Shown: positions 54,501-62,091 of the stretch, piece by piece | Position numbering within the stretch: position 1 is the first letter of the stretch | Layout of the letters: each line of letters begins with the position of its first letter | Source: a virus | Virus record (IMG/VR): IMGVR_UViG_3300020185_004010 | Coordinates: 8,764-72,763 of that record | Direction: 5' to 3' (one strand) | DNA: 64,000 nucleotides | Program-made: the position numbers and the translations under genes | The notes under the pieces: generated by a model | Told to the model about the DNA's origin: nothing | Seen by the model: only the letters and a program-made list of their open reading frames with translations | Database searches by the model: none

Positions 54501-57406
54501 GAATAATCTCCACTAGCTGTACCACCACCTTCAGCATGTGAATAATCTCCACTAGCTGTACCACCACCTTCAGCATGTGAATAATCTCCACTAGCTGTAC
54601 TAGAACCTTCTGCTACTGCGTAATTACCAGTTGCGTCTACGGCGGTATCATTTAATGCTTTTATAGAATAATTTCCTGTGGAACCAGTTGTCCAATAGAA
54701 AGTATCAGAAACGCCAGTTATACTAACTGTAGCAGAATCTGTTCTTGTTAAATCTATTGTGTCTGTAGAAGAATTATAAGTACCTCCAGTAACATAAGTG
54801 TCAGTTATACCAGTTACAAAACCACAAACATCAAATGTGGTTCCACTATTTGTTGAAAACGTAACACAACCAGTTGTGGGATTATAAGTACCTCCAGTAA
54901 CATTAATGTCATTATCAGCAAATAAAGCTGCTGAATTTGTTACAGTAAAAGTCCCTCCAGTATTATAAGTAAGTGTTAATTGTGAAGTAGCAACATCTGC
55001 ATTACCAGATACAACATATGTATCTGCAGAAGCTGCCCCAATAATAGAATCTACATCTCTATATTCAACTAATCCTGAACTATTTCTAGCTAATATTTCT
55101 GTTAATGAATCATCATTAGTTATTGAAGATAAATTTAAACTATTTCCTGTTACATTTCCATTAACTAATGTATCACTATTAATTGTTAAACTGGTTCCGT
55201 TTATAATAGTCCCATCACTATTGTTACCCAATACAACAGAACTAGAAGGGAAATCCCAATCTAAACCTAAATTATTTTCTAAATAAACTTGCTTGGTTAA
55301 CACATTTCCTGTACCACCAGTAGCTATAAGATTGCCAACAGCTTCTATATTACCATTACTAGTTAATCCTGTTACCGTATTTATTGTAGTGCTAAATGTA
55401 GAACCACTATTGTCTGATATAGTAAATTTATTTGAACCGTCATAAGTAAATCCAGTAACAAATGTATCTTGAGAAGTAGCCGCACTTATTATAGACTGTA
55501 CATCTCTGTATTCTACATTACCAGTAGTAGAATTCCTACCTAATATCTGAGTGAGTGAATCATCGTTTGTGGGTGTGTTATAAATTACTAAATCACCTAC
55601 ATTTGTAGTTCCTGTATAGTTATATAAACCAGTTGTTGTTATATTAGAATTTAAAGGGTTGTTTATGCTTAAAGAATTTAAAATTTCTACTGTTTGTGGT
55701 GATGAAGCTGTGATTGTTTCATTATCAGACACAAGCTCTAAGCTTTCAATAATAATATCAACACCATTTGTTTTAATTCCATCTAAAGTTGTACCGCCAT
55801 CAGTATTTTTAATGCTACCATTTAAATTAACACTACCAGAACCAGAACCAAAATTCATAATAGGATTTGTGGAACTTCCTGAAAGTGATTGAATATTACC
55901 ATTGAAGTACCAATTACTATTAACTCCTCCAACTCCTAAAAATGCAGTGTTAGCATCTGTAGTTATATTACCGTTTATAGTAAACTTTCCTCCAGATGAA
56001 TCAAGACCTGTTACAATACCTTTACCATTAGTTGTTGTTGCAAATATATTACCATTTATAATTGCTTCACCACCTGAATTTTGCACGGTGTTAAGTGTCC
56101 AGTTTTCAGTTTCTATAATAGGTGAGTTTATAACAACTCTACCACCTGGGCCCATTCTTTGAATTGCAAGTGTTTGACATGAATCAGTACCTTTTATCAC
56201 ATTAGCAGTTACTACACAACTACCATTGAATGTTGGGTTAGAATTGTATCTAACAAAAAATCCAAAACTACCATTACATGATATTCTATCAAAATTAAAT
56301 GTTGAATCGGAAGAATCTCTTACAGAAGCAACATAACCACTACCCCCATACAATTCTAAATTAGAACCATTAAAAGTAACTTTAGTGTCATCTGTCGCAA
56401 ATATGAGTATACCTTTTTCTTGTCTCCAAGATGTAGCTTCTCCATAAAATTCAGCATTACCATATATGCCTACAATAGTATCGGCCCAATCATTGTCTAA
56501 TGATTTAACAACGTCTACATCTCCTTGACCATACAAATCAAAATTATTAGAAGTAGAACCTGATGGTGCGTTAATAGGTGTGTCACCTAATAAGAAAATT
56601 GATTCATTAGTTCTTAATATACCACCAACAGACGATGATGGTATTGTTTCTGAAACCACAATCTCTGTAGTTCCTCCAACATCTGCGGCAGAAACTATTG
56701 TATATGTTCCAGAATTTGCACCAATAACAACTCTAAATCTCTTACCTATAATTAAATATGTTGACCAATTACCGTTAAATGTAAAAGTTTTTGTGCCTTG
56801 ATTTACCGCAGTCATTGCAGCTCCAGCTCCATTAATTTTAGGAGAAGGCTTAATTAAAGAACCAGGTGATAAATACATTTTACCATTAGGATACTGTAAT
56901 TCAGTTTCATCATAAGTTCCTGGGAAAACGTATATAAGCGTTTGGCCAGATAAAGAATCTATTAATAATTGATTTCTAGCTCCCGTTATTGTTTTAAATG
57001 GTCTTGATATGTTTCCATATTCACCAGTCGAATCACTACCTTCTGGTGCTACAAAATATGTTGTTCCAAATTGAGCTCCTGATGAAAATCCACTTATTAT
57101 TATGTTTACAGCATCATTTCTTTCTAGTGATAATTCATTAGAAACATCATTATAAGTACCTCCAGTTACATAAGTGTCTTGTGATGTTGCCGCACTTATT
57201 ATGGACTGCACATCTCTATACTCAACATCTCCATTCGCAGAATTTCTTGCCAATATTTGAGTTAAAGAGTCATCATTGTTTGGCGTATTAACTAAACTTA
57301 AAGTATCGGCAGATAAATTGGCGCTAACATATGTGTTGCCACTTACCGTACCTCCACTTAAAGGTAAAAAATTATCATCTACTTTAAAAAAATATTGTCC
57401 AGCCAC
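48566..57406 (-). CDS. Giant (2946 aa) modular tail fibre / adhesin
   Basis: Thr/Gly/Ser-rich. Beta-helix-like N-terminal region, two blocks of YadA-head-like SHAEGxxTxASG repeats, ten DITRV..NPxVN modules and a C-terminal fibre-tip-like domain. Confidence 0.85.
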   Translation of the reverse strand: MAGQYFFKVDDNFLPLSGGTVSGNTYVSANLSADTLSLVNTPNNDDSLTQILARNSANGDVEYRDVQSIISAATSQDTYVTGGTYNDVSNELSLERNDAVNIIISGFSSGAQFGTTYFVAPEGSDSTGEYGNISRPFKTITGARNQLLIDSLSGQTLIYVFPGTYDETELQYPNGKMYLSPGSLIKPSPKINGAGAAMTAVNQGTKTFTFNGNWSTYLIIGKRFRVVIGANSGTYTIVSAADVGGTTEIVVSETIPSSSVGGILRTNESIFLLGDTPINAPSGSTSNNFDLYGQGDVDVVKSLDNDWADTIVGIYGNAEFYGEATSWRQEKGILIFATDDTKVTFNGSNLELYGGSGYVASVRDSSDSTFNFDRISCNGSFGFFVRYNSNPTFNGSCVVTANVIKGTDSCQTLAIQRMGPGGRVVINSPIIETENWTLNTVQNSGGEAIINGNIFATTTNGKGIVTGLDSSGGKFTINGNITTDANTAFLGVGGVNSNWYFNGNIQSLSGSSTNPIMNFGSGSGSVNLNGSIKNTDGGTTLDGIKTNGVDIIIESLELVSDNETITASSPQTVEILNSLSINNPLNSNITTTGLYNYTGTTNVGDLVIYNTPTNDDSLTQILGRNSTTGNVEYRDVQSIISAATSQDTFVTGFTYDGSNKFTISDNSGSTFSTTINTVTGLTSNGNIEAVGNLIATGGTGNVLTKQVYLENNLGLDWDFPSSSVVLGNNSDGTIINGTSLTINSDTLVNGNVTGNSLNLSSITNDDSLTEILARNSSGLVEYRDVDSIIGAASADTYVVSGNADVATSQLTLTYNTGGTFTVTNSAALFADNDINVTGGTYNPTTGCVTFSTNSGTTFDVCGFVTGITDTYVTGGTYNSSTDTIDLTRTDSATVSITGVSDTFYWTTGSTGNYSIKALNDTAVDATGNYAVAEGSSTASGDYSHAEGGGTASGDYSHAEGGGTASGDYSHAEGGGTTASGRWSHSEGSGTIASADYSHAEGFQSYATGNTSHAEGFRTVAGDYSHSEGFETKALSYSHAEGLQTTASGDASHATGYASVASGLASWAGGQLSTASGDSSFIHSTNSLVTGDRSVVLGGQSLTGATDDTVYVPFLNINNLASGTSINNLGIDSSGNVVTGSADENDITRVQPGTNINTGGTANNPIVNLDDDILLNSVSGNTLSGGTIYSGSTDLYDIFLTENDGNDITRVQPGSNINTGGTANNPIVNLEDDILLSSVSATTLSGGTLYSGSTDLSDIFLTTADGNDITRVQNGINTFTGGTENNPTINVTALTIDNITVSGDSSFDSVSATTIYSGSTDLSDIFATKGEDSFSTGGTVTQKATSASTEVVIQIDGNNDFSSYNITGLTDTFVSGFNYSANTFTISQNDGNSFDAEVDTIDLSSVLSAVTFDIGTTGSISATTFYSGSTDLSDIFLTTADGNDITRVQGGINTFTGGTGNNPTVNVTGLTVDNISVSGISSFQSVSATTIYSGSTDLYDIFLTENDGNDITRVQGGINISTGGTANNPIVNLDDDISLSSVSATTLSGGTLYSGSTDLYDIFLTENVIWTTGSTGNFSLKTINDSGLDATGNYALAEGGGTIASGNYSHAEGFETTASSPEAHSEGYQTTASGEDSHAENLFTISSGDYSHAEGWSTTASGEDSHSEGFGTVASGADSHAEGLNNTASNTASHAEGFNTTSTSTASHSEGFDTLASSEAAHSEGYSSTASGLASHSEGFETTSSGLFSHAGGSGSIASGDTSFIHSTNSLATGARSAVLGGQNITGATDDTVYVPFLNINNLATGTSINNLGIDVDGNIVTGGDGNDITRVSGGTNISTGGTANNPIVNLDDDISLTSVSATTLSGGTLYSGSTDLSDIFLTTADGNDITRVSGGVNISTGGTANNPIVNLDDDILLNSVSGNTLSGGTIYSGSTDLYDIFLTENDGNDITRVQGGTNISTGGTANNPIVNLDDDILLNSVSGNTLSGGTIYSGSTDLYDIFLTENDGNDITRVSGGTNISTGGTANNPIVNLDDDISLTSVSATTLSGGTLYSGSTDLTTIIENLDTYVTGGTFTASASTLTLDRQNGSVTITGLTSSDGTSNEIQITDNSGGFLASVIEQSGTHIIPTTDSVTNLGSPTNRFDNLYLDTIVNVDGGLNFYSNDAGTNLEFTIGTSLVTVASGNNFRIANGYMYFTGTDDRIGSTIANKVYLTNNQSSLRTGNLSEGYGFVMGNGVETAVTPDLSAIFKLESTTQGFLPPVMTGAEAEAISTPAEGLQVYASNAGSGDITSFGWWGYDGSNWVKGFSSGGTDTNTFVTGFTYNDNNTFTITDNDGGSFPATINQVSGLTVDGILSATTYTGLTLNSLDDVTTNIPTTPDATYQGELLYFDTVSNQWVSGDEYGNLGEVTIWGKKGSAGTIDKGCPVYIVGFDSDIHEVELANAATGTTMPVIGFTAEVFDNAGIYPIVTFGKITGLDTTSGSTIINPFTETWEVNDVLYMAKTDGGLTKFRPSGTNTQIQRVAKVLRIGVTNGQLFIFNTSRTAGLPNLTTDYLWVGNGNDTPQEAIKTDVGITVTGFTYNDNNILTITDDNGGSLSSTINQMSGLTVNGDLDVTGDTTLGPLTATSVTSNSAINVFNGHVNLRDNSYFLQGRTVADVNVSLIGVDNQDRVFVGNSGYDTYINSDTIVDGILSAQTAFLTTTPTLNPTGTDILVRNSSTGKVEYRPVSGITDGNDITRVQPGANTNTGGTANNPVVNLDDDISLNSVYGNTLSGGTIYSGSTDLYNIFATTGSSGEANTASNLGAGEGLFAQKNGVDLQFKSLTSTGTSLSISSDASTVNLERNNLVSVTSITGSSYSAITSDEIIGLDTTSLSPTLFLPDSTAAGKVRFEIKDIGVNARTNPITIQAVGSDTIITTSVVSSTQIFVDGGSIILVSTGSGQWWQM
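51366..51712. repeat. Exact 164-nt direct repeat at 183-nt period (61-aa module)
   Basis: 51366-51529 is identical to 51549-51712 by manual comparison. A near-identical third copy lies at about 53778-53932. Confidence 0.85.
54482..54598. repeat. Three perfect 39-nt tandem repeats (13-aa SGDYSHAEGGGTA units)
   Basis: accaccaccttcagcatgtgaataatctccactagctgt at 54482, 54521 and 54560. Confidence 0.95.
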
Positions 57407-57407
57407 T

Positions 57408-57767
57408 TTATATATTATTTATATCTTCTTCTATTCTAATACTTATGCCACCCTCTCTAGGTAAAGACATTTTTGTTCCATCGGCAAAAAATAATTCAAA
57501 CTCACCAACAAAATTACCTGCAACAGCAGTATCTCCTTCTTTCCAAGAATATTGAATGATTCCACTATTTGCAGAAATTGTTTGTGCAGATTGAGACGAA
57601 ATAGTTAAAACTCCACAGTCATCAGCCATAGAAAAGTCTACCTTAGTAACTGCACTTAAATTCAATCTATTCCAACCGCCCAAGCACCCTTTGTCATATA
57701 CAGTTGCTATTAAAGCTGGTGCTGTATCGTTTCTTTTCATTATAAATGGTTTCTCTCCTCTTGCCAT
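57408..57767 (-). CDS. BppU N-terminal domain-like baseplate/fibre attachment protein
   Basis: FIMKRNDTAPAL...GIIQYSWKEGDTAVAGNFVGEFELFFADG..SLP. Confidence 0.7.
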   Translation of the reverse strand: MARGEKPFIMKRNDTAPALIATVYDKGCLGGWNRLNLSAVTKVDFSMADDCGVLTISSQSAQTISANSGIIQYSWKEGDTAVAGNFVGEFELFFADGTKMSLPREGGISIRIEEDINNI

Positions 57768-57771
57768 AATT

Positions 57772-58134
57772 TTAACTATTAACTATCTCTAGTCTTATAT
57801 CTTGATTATTAAGTCTTATATCAACATTCTGACCTACCACAACAGGATTTAGCTTAAATCTTGTTATCAACTTTTTTTCTGGGCTATCTGATATGTATTT
57901 AACAACCCAATTCATCTCATACACATCATCTATATTGTATAAACCTGGTGTTAGGTTTACATAATATCTTCCTTGAGATTCATTGATGATATCTGCATTT
58001 TCTACAATAGAAATACTACCTTCTGGTGTAACAAACCCAGATATATCTTCAACATTTATAATATTATAAGTTTCACCACTTAAACTCGATGAATTTATAC
58101 AATAAAAATCTCTATAAAGCCTTAAATAAGTCAT
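57772..58134 (-). CDS. Small Ig-like virion protein
   Basis: Beta-rich (GRYYVNL...YEMNWVVKY), first gene of the fibre operon and preceded by TATTTATT. Confidence 0.6.
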   Translation of the reverse strand: MTYLRLYRDFYCINSSSLSGETYNIINVEDISGFVTPEGSISIVENADIINESQGRYYVNLTPGLYNIDDVYEMNWVVKYISDSPEKKLITRFKLNPVVVGQNVDIRLNNQDIRLEIVNS

Positions 58135-58174
58135 ACTTAAAAAAAAAGATATTTCTTCTTAAATAAATAGTAAC

Positions 58175-58209
58175 AAAAAAGGAGACTGTATCTAAACAGT
58201 CTCCTTTTT
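58175..58209. terminator. Intrinsic terminator after the tail tube gene
   Basis: Perfect AAAAAGGAGACTGT-ATCTAA-ACAGTCTCCTTTTT. Confidence 0.88.
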
Positions 58210-58232
58210 AATAATAATTTATTTGAGTTTAT

Positions 58233-58721
58233 TTAAGCGTTCAATAAGCATCTATCTGGCTGTACATTAATCTTAACTTTTGAAATATCATCTGCTGAAT
58301 AGTCGTAACTATCAAAAGATGCATTTGTTATAAAACATCCAATCATTGTCCATTTTTCAACTTCAACTCCTACTGGGTCGAGTGCTTTTAATACTAAATT
58401 CTTTTTGTAACCTACTGCGTAACCCATTCTACCTGTAGCAGATTCAGCATGAAGTCTTACCCATTCCATTACTTTCTGAGTAGTCGATGGTCCTATAACA
58501 TCAATAAATTCAATGTCAATTGCTGACCACTTATATCTACCAGCAACGAATGTACTAGTGTTCATATATTGAATTTCAGTACTACCGATTTCGATTGTAG
58601 GTTTTCCAGAAGTTTGAACGTTAAAAGATTCTATTCCCAACTCTGAAGGAAATTCTAATACGAATCTATTTTTTCTCTTTGGCTCCTGTTCTACAGGAAC
58701 TGGTCTAAACATTGTAGCCAT
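58233..58721 (-). CDS. Tail tube protein (T4 gp19-like)
   Basis: EPKRKNRFVLEF...GRYKWSAIDIEFIDVIGPS...MEWVR...TGRMGYAVGYKK...EKWTMIGCF. ATG at 58721 preferred over the GTG at 58748, which would overlap the upstream motif. Confidence 0.9.
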   Translation of the reverse strand: MATMFRPVPVEQEPKRKNRFVLEFPSELGIESFNVQTSGKPTIEIGSTEIQYMNTSTFVAGRYKWSAIDIEFIDVIGPSTTQKVMEWVRLHAESATGRMGYAVGYKKNLVLKALDPVGVEVEKWTMIGCFITNASFDSYDYSADDISKVKINVQPDRCLLNA

Positions 58722-58830
58722 CTTATAGTTATTTAATTTGTTTAACACTTATAAATATTAAGCAAAAAAAATTATTTGACTATATTTAAATTTTTTTTAA
58801 AAAAAAATACACTTGATATTATATATATAT

Positions 58831-58856
58831 AAAAAAAGGAGCCCTAAAGCTCCTTT
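58831..58856 (-). terminator. Intrinsic terminator after the tail sheath gene
   Basis: AAAGGAGC-(6 nt)-GCTCCTTT with a T-run on the minus strand. Confidence 0.75.
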
Positions 58857-58877
58857 AATTATTTATTAATCATTATT

Positions 58878-61211
58878 TTAGAAATCTTCAAATCTTGCAC
58901 CAGTTGGTAGAACTTGGAAAGTTAAATCTATAAATTCAGCAGTTCTAGTAGGTTTCAATTGAATCTTACCAACTAAAGTGTTTCTATCTACAACTTCAGG
59001 TGGATTGTTAGTTTCGTCCATTATAACTCTAAATCCAGTTAAACCTCTTTGGTTTTGGATTTGCAATAATAATGGTTCAACTTTAGATAAGAATTGGTCT
59101 CTTAAAGTTTGGTCATTTTGTTCAAACAATAAAGTTTGAGATGTTGCAGCAACCACTCTTCTAATTTGAAGAAGTAATCTTCTTACGTTAATTCTATCAA
59201 GAGCAGACTGTCTAACTTGTAATGTTTTTTGACCATATATTACTACTCCGTTTTGAACAAATGTTGCTATCGGATTAATTCTTCCTTCATATAAAGTGTC
59301 TCTATCAGCTTGGCTTAATTTAATGTCAGCTCTTCTAACTGAATCTCCAACAGTACCTCTGTTGATACCTGCAGGTGCAAACCATGGGAATGCTACATTG
59401 TCTGTTAAAGCTATAGACTTAACAACTTCTGCAGTTGGAGCTAAATATACAAACTGACCAGTTGTTTGGTCTTCTATTTGAACCCAAGGCCAGTAAGTAG
59501 CAGCATAATTTGAATCTATACCAGTATCTTGCATAGCTAAAACAGCTTCTTCTGGAGTTCCTTTTGCAACACTAGTAGTGAGTCTAGGTGAATCTATAAT
59601 ATAAAGAGTGTCAGCTCTATCTTCCATGATGTTAAGAGCATACTTAACTATTTCTTCATTATTTCCATAATCAACCCCTGGTGTTGCAAACAAGTTAACG
59701 TCTACCTCTTCTGGGTTTGTGAATACATCTATTGCCTCTTTGAATGCTTCTCTATTAGATGAGTCTGAAACATTTACACCAAATGTAGGTGTTTTAAATT
59801 TGTTCCATCCATCAAATCCTCCAGCAGGAGCAAATGTGAATTTTCTTTCAGCTTTAGTATATCCACTTAATGGTAAGTCTCCCGAAACAAATCCAGAAGG
59901 TGCACCACTTTCAATGTGAAATCCTGGTATAGTTGTATTTCCAGCACTTCCTGTTCCGATATATTTAAATTTGTCTGCTTCTACAGTATTTATTACATTT
60001 GAAAAGCTGACCTTATCTGCAGTAAATGCAGTATAAGCTAATTCAGATATACCTAAGAATGTTTTATTTACTGAGTCTCCTGAAAAGTAAGATTTCTTAT
60101 AAAAGAAAGGTGCAGCAGTTGTTCCTGCTTCAGCCTCAACTTGACTATACCCTTCAAAACCTGCTGGAACAACGTTACCAGGGTGTCCTTCTTTCATGTC
60201 AAGAGTGATAAATAAAGATTGTCTTGGATATTCCTCATCAGTTGTACCAATTACTCTAGCTATATAATTTCTTTGAGTTGGGTCCATTGTTACTCCTCTA
60301 AATCTCTCTAAAGCAGTTTGGAACGCAGATGAATCAGTGTCATTAAAGTCTCTCACTAATACATCAAAAGTTTTTGTAATTGTATCTATGTTTGTAATAG
60401 ATATTTTAATTTCTCTATTTGCAGCATTACCATCAGATACTGATTGGCATTTAAATAACTGTCTAACTTGACCACCTACTAAATTAGATACAACCCAAGG
60501 TGATGAAGGGTTTGTATAAGGTCCATTAAAATCAGTATACCTTGCATCACTTGAGAAAGTAATAGAATCTGAAATTCCCGTTATAGAACCTTCCTGAACA
60601 GCTTGTCTTAAAAAGTGAGGAAATATAGTATCTACATATATTCCATAATCTCCTTCTATTTTTTTAGGATTTCTACCTATAACATTAACGATATAATCAT
60701 CTCTACTCTCATCTAGTGAAACGTTTAATGTGTTTGCTGAAAAGTCTCCAGTTGAACCACTTAACACGAAAGTTCCTAGCGGAGATGTAGAAACGCCTTT
60801 TTCAATATCAGTTGTAACAGTGTTTAAGAAAGTTAATCCTTCGTCATTAGATTTACTTTTTATTACAGCTATAATAGCTCCGTCTTCTATTGTACCTCCA
60901 CTTGGAGATGTTGCCGTAAGAACCCATGCGTTAGAATCATCAAATCCTTCTTTTCCAAGAACTCTAGTTACAGTTAATTCATTTGATTGTGTCAAGAAAG
61001 AATTTGCCACATAAGGCAGTTGTAAGTCCGAGCTTGTTCCACCAAATCTAAACAAGTATTCATCTGTGCTTCTCACACGGACTGGTTCAAATGCTGGTCC
61101 TTTTTGCGTTAATCCAACAAGTCCTAACTTAGTTAGACCTACTCTTGATGCGAATACAGAAAAATCTTGTTCTCTTGTGTAGACACCGGGCGATACGAAT
61201 ATAGTTGCCAT
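58878..61211 (-). CDS. Tail sheath protein (T4 gp18-like)
   Basis: FVSPGVYTREQD, GGFDGW, NLFATPG, YAATYWPW, PWFAPAGINRG, RINPIA, GQKTLQ...ALDRINVRRLLL, PTRTAEFI. Confidence 0.95.
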   Translation of the reverse strand: MATIFVSPGVYTREQDFSVFASRVGLTKLGLVGLTQKGPAFEPVRVRSTDEYLFRFGGTSSDLQLPYVANSFLTQSNELTVTRVLGKEGFDDSNAWVLTATSPSGGTIEDGAIIAVIKSKSNDEGLTFLNTVTTDIEKGVSTSPLGTFVLSGSTGDFSANTLNVSLDESRDDYIVNVIGRNPKKIEGDYGIYVDTIFPHFLRQAVQEGSITGISDSITFSSDARYTDFNGPYTNPSSPWVVSNLVGGQVRQLFKCQSVSDGNAANREIKISITNIDTITKTFDVLVRDFNDTDSSAFQTALERFRGVTMDPTQRNYIARVIGTTDEEYPRQSLFITLDMKEGHPGNVVPAGFEGYSQVEAEAGTTAAPFFYKKSYFSGDSVNKTFLGISELAYTAFTADKVSFSNVINTVEADKFKYIGTGSAGNTTIPGFHIESGAPSGFVSGDLPLSGYTKAERKFTFAPAGGFDGWNKFKTPTFGVNVSDSSNREAFKEAIDVFTNPEEVDVNLFATPGVDYGNNEEIVKYALNIMEDRADTLYIIDSPRLTTSVAKGTPEEAVLAMQDTGIDSNYAATYWPWVQIEDQTTGQFVYLAPTAEVVKSIALTDNVAFPWFAPAGINRGTVGDSVRRADIKLSQADRDTLYEGRINPIATFVQNGVVIYGQKTLQVRQSALDRINVRRLLLQIRRVVAATSQTLLFEQNDQTLRDQFLSKVEPLLLQIQNQRGLTGFRVIMDETNNPPEVVDRNTLVGKIQLKPTRTAEFIDLTFQVLPTGARFEDF

Positions 61212-61272
61212 CTTATTTTTATTTTTTTAGTTTTGTACAGTTTTACAATAAATAGGATAAAAAAATTCAAAA

Positions 61273-61989
61273 CTAACATTCATCCTCTTGAATTTGTATA
61301 GAAATTTTTGTAATAGTTTGAACTCTCTCAAATTTTTTTGGGTCTACTATCCTAGAGTGTACTGTTAAGGGGTATACTAATTGAAAAAACCTATCTGCAT
61401 CTATGTTATCTACAGTGTTATCTTCACTAGGGTCTCCTAACACAGAGGGTATATTGTATCCATTAATTTTCATATAACCTTGACCATCAGAAAATCCTTC
61501 TTCTAACATTTTTTCATAAGATATATTAACGTCTTGCATATAGTGAGCAACAAATCTTAATTCATAGTCAACATCAACCCAAGTAGGTTGAGGTATTTTA
61601 AAAATCTCATACCCAGCCAAAACTCCATCAGTAGTGGGCACTTTAGCGTAAGTAAATTTTAATTTTTTAGGTATTGTTCTTTTAAGTGGCGAAGTTCCTC
61701 TTTTTACAGATTTTCTTCTCATAGTCATAAATGGCATTCTAATCTCTTCTCCACTTTCGTCCTTAAGAAACTTCCAGTTCATTTTAAATTCTGCCCATCT
61801 CTCTTGGGTTAAAAATATAACTGGTACCTTTATATCTTTTCCATCAGCGTCTTCAACCGTTATACCTAAGTCAACAATAAAATCCCTCATGCCTCTATCA
61901 ACATCTTCCAACAAAAGTTTTTGTGGTAAATAATTAGTGTTTTTAAAACTATCATTAAGATTGTCGTTAATGTTTTTTTGAATAGACAT
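61273..61989 (-). CDS. Tail terminator / sheath stabiliser (T4 gp15-like)
   Basis: VPVIFLTQERW...RMPFMTMRR...IPQPTWVDVDYELRF. Located directly upstream of the sheath gene. Confidence 0.75.
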   Translation of the reverse strand: MSIQKNINDNLNDSFKNTNYLPQKLLLEDVDRGMRDFIVDLGITVEDADGKDIKVPVIFLTQERWAEFKMNWKFLKDESGEEIRMPFMTMRRKSVKRGTSPLKRTIPKKLKFTYAKVPTTDGVLAGYEIFKIPQPTWVDVDYELRFVAHYMQDVNISYEKMLEEGFSDGQGYMKINGYNIPSVLGDPSEDNTVDNIDADRFFQLVYPLTVHSRIVDPKKFERVQTITKISIQIQEDEC

Positions 61990-62043
61990 TTATTTTTTTT
62001 ATTTTATCCTTAATAATAAATATCAGATAATTTTCATTAAACA

Positions 62044-62075
62044 TTTGAATTTGATTTTTATTCTGTATATATTCG
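62044..62075 (+). promoter_or_regulatory. Bacteroidota-type promoter TTTG-N20-TATATTCG
   Basis: TTTG at 62044-62047, 20-nt spacer and TATATTCG at 62068-62075 (one mismatch to TAnnTTTG), upstream of the 62092 ORF. Confidence 0.5.
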
Positions 62076-62091
62076 CCAAAACTATTTTAAT

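Noticed and set aside
51366-54598. Possible CRISPR array or DGR template/variable repeat pair
   Set aside because: The repeats are in-frame coding units with no unique spacers. Differences between copies are not adenine-specific and look synonymous, and there is no reverse transcriptase or cas gene in the window.
58722-58748. ORF-track start of the tail tube gene at 58748 (GTG)
   Set aside because: It lies 1 nt from the TATTTATA motif. The ATG at 58721 (MATMFRPV) parallels the sheath start (MATIF) and has an A-rich leader.
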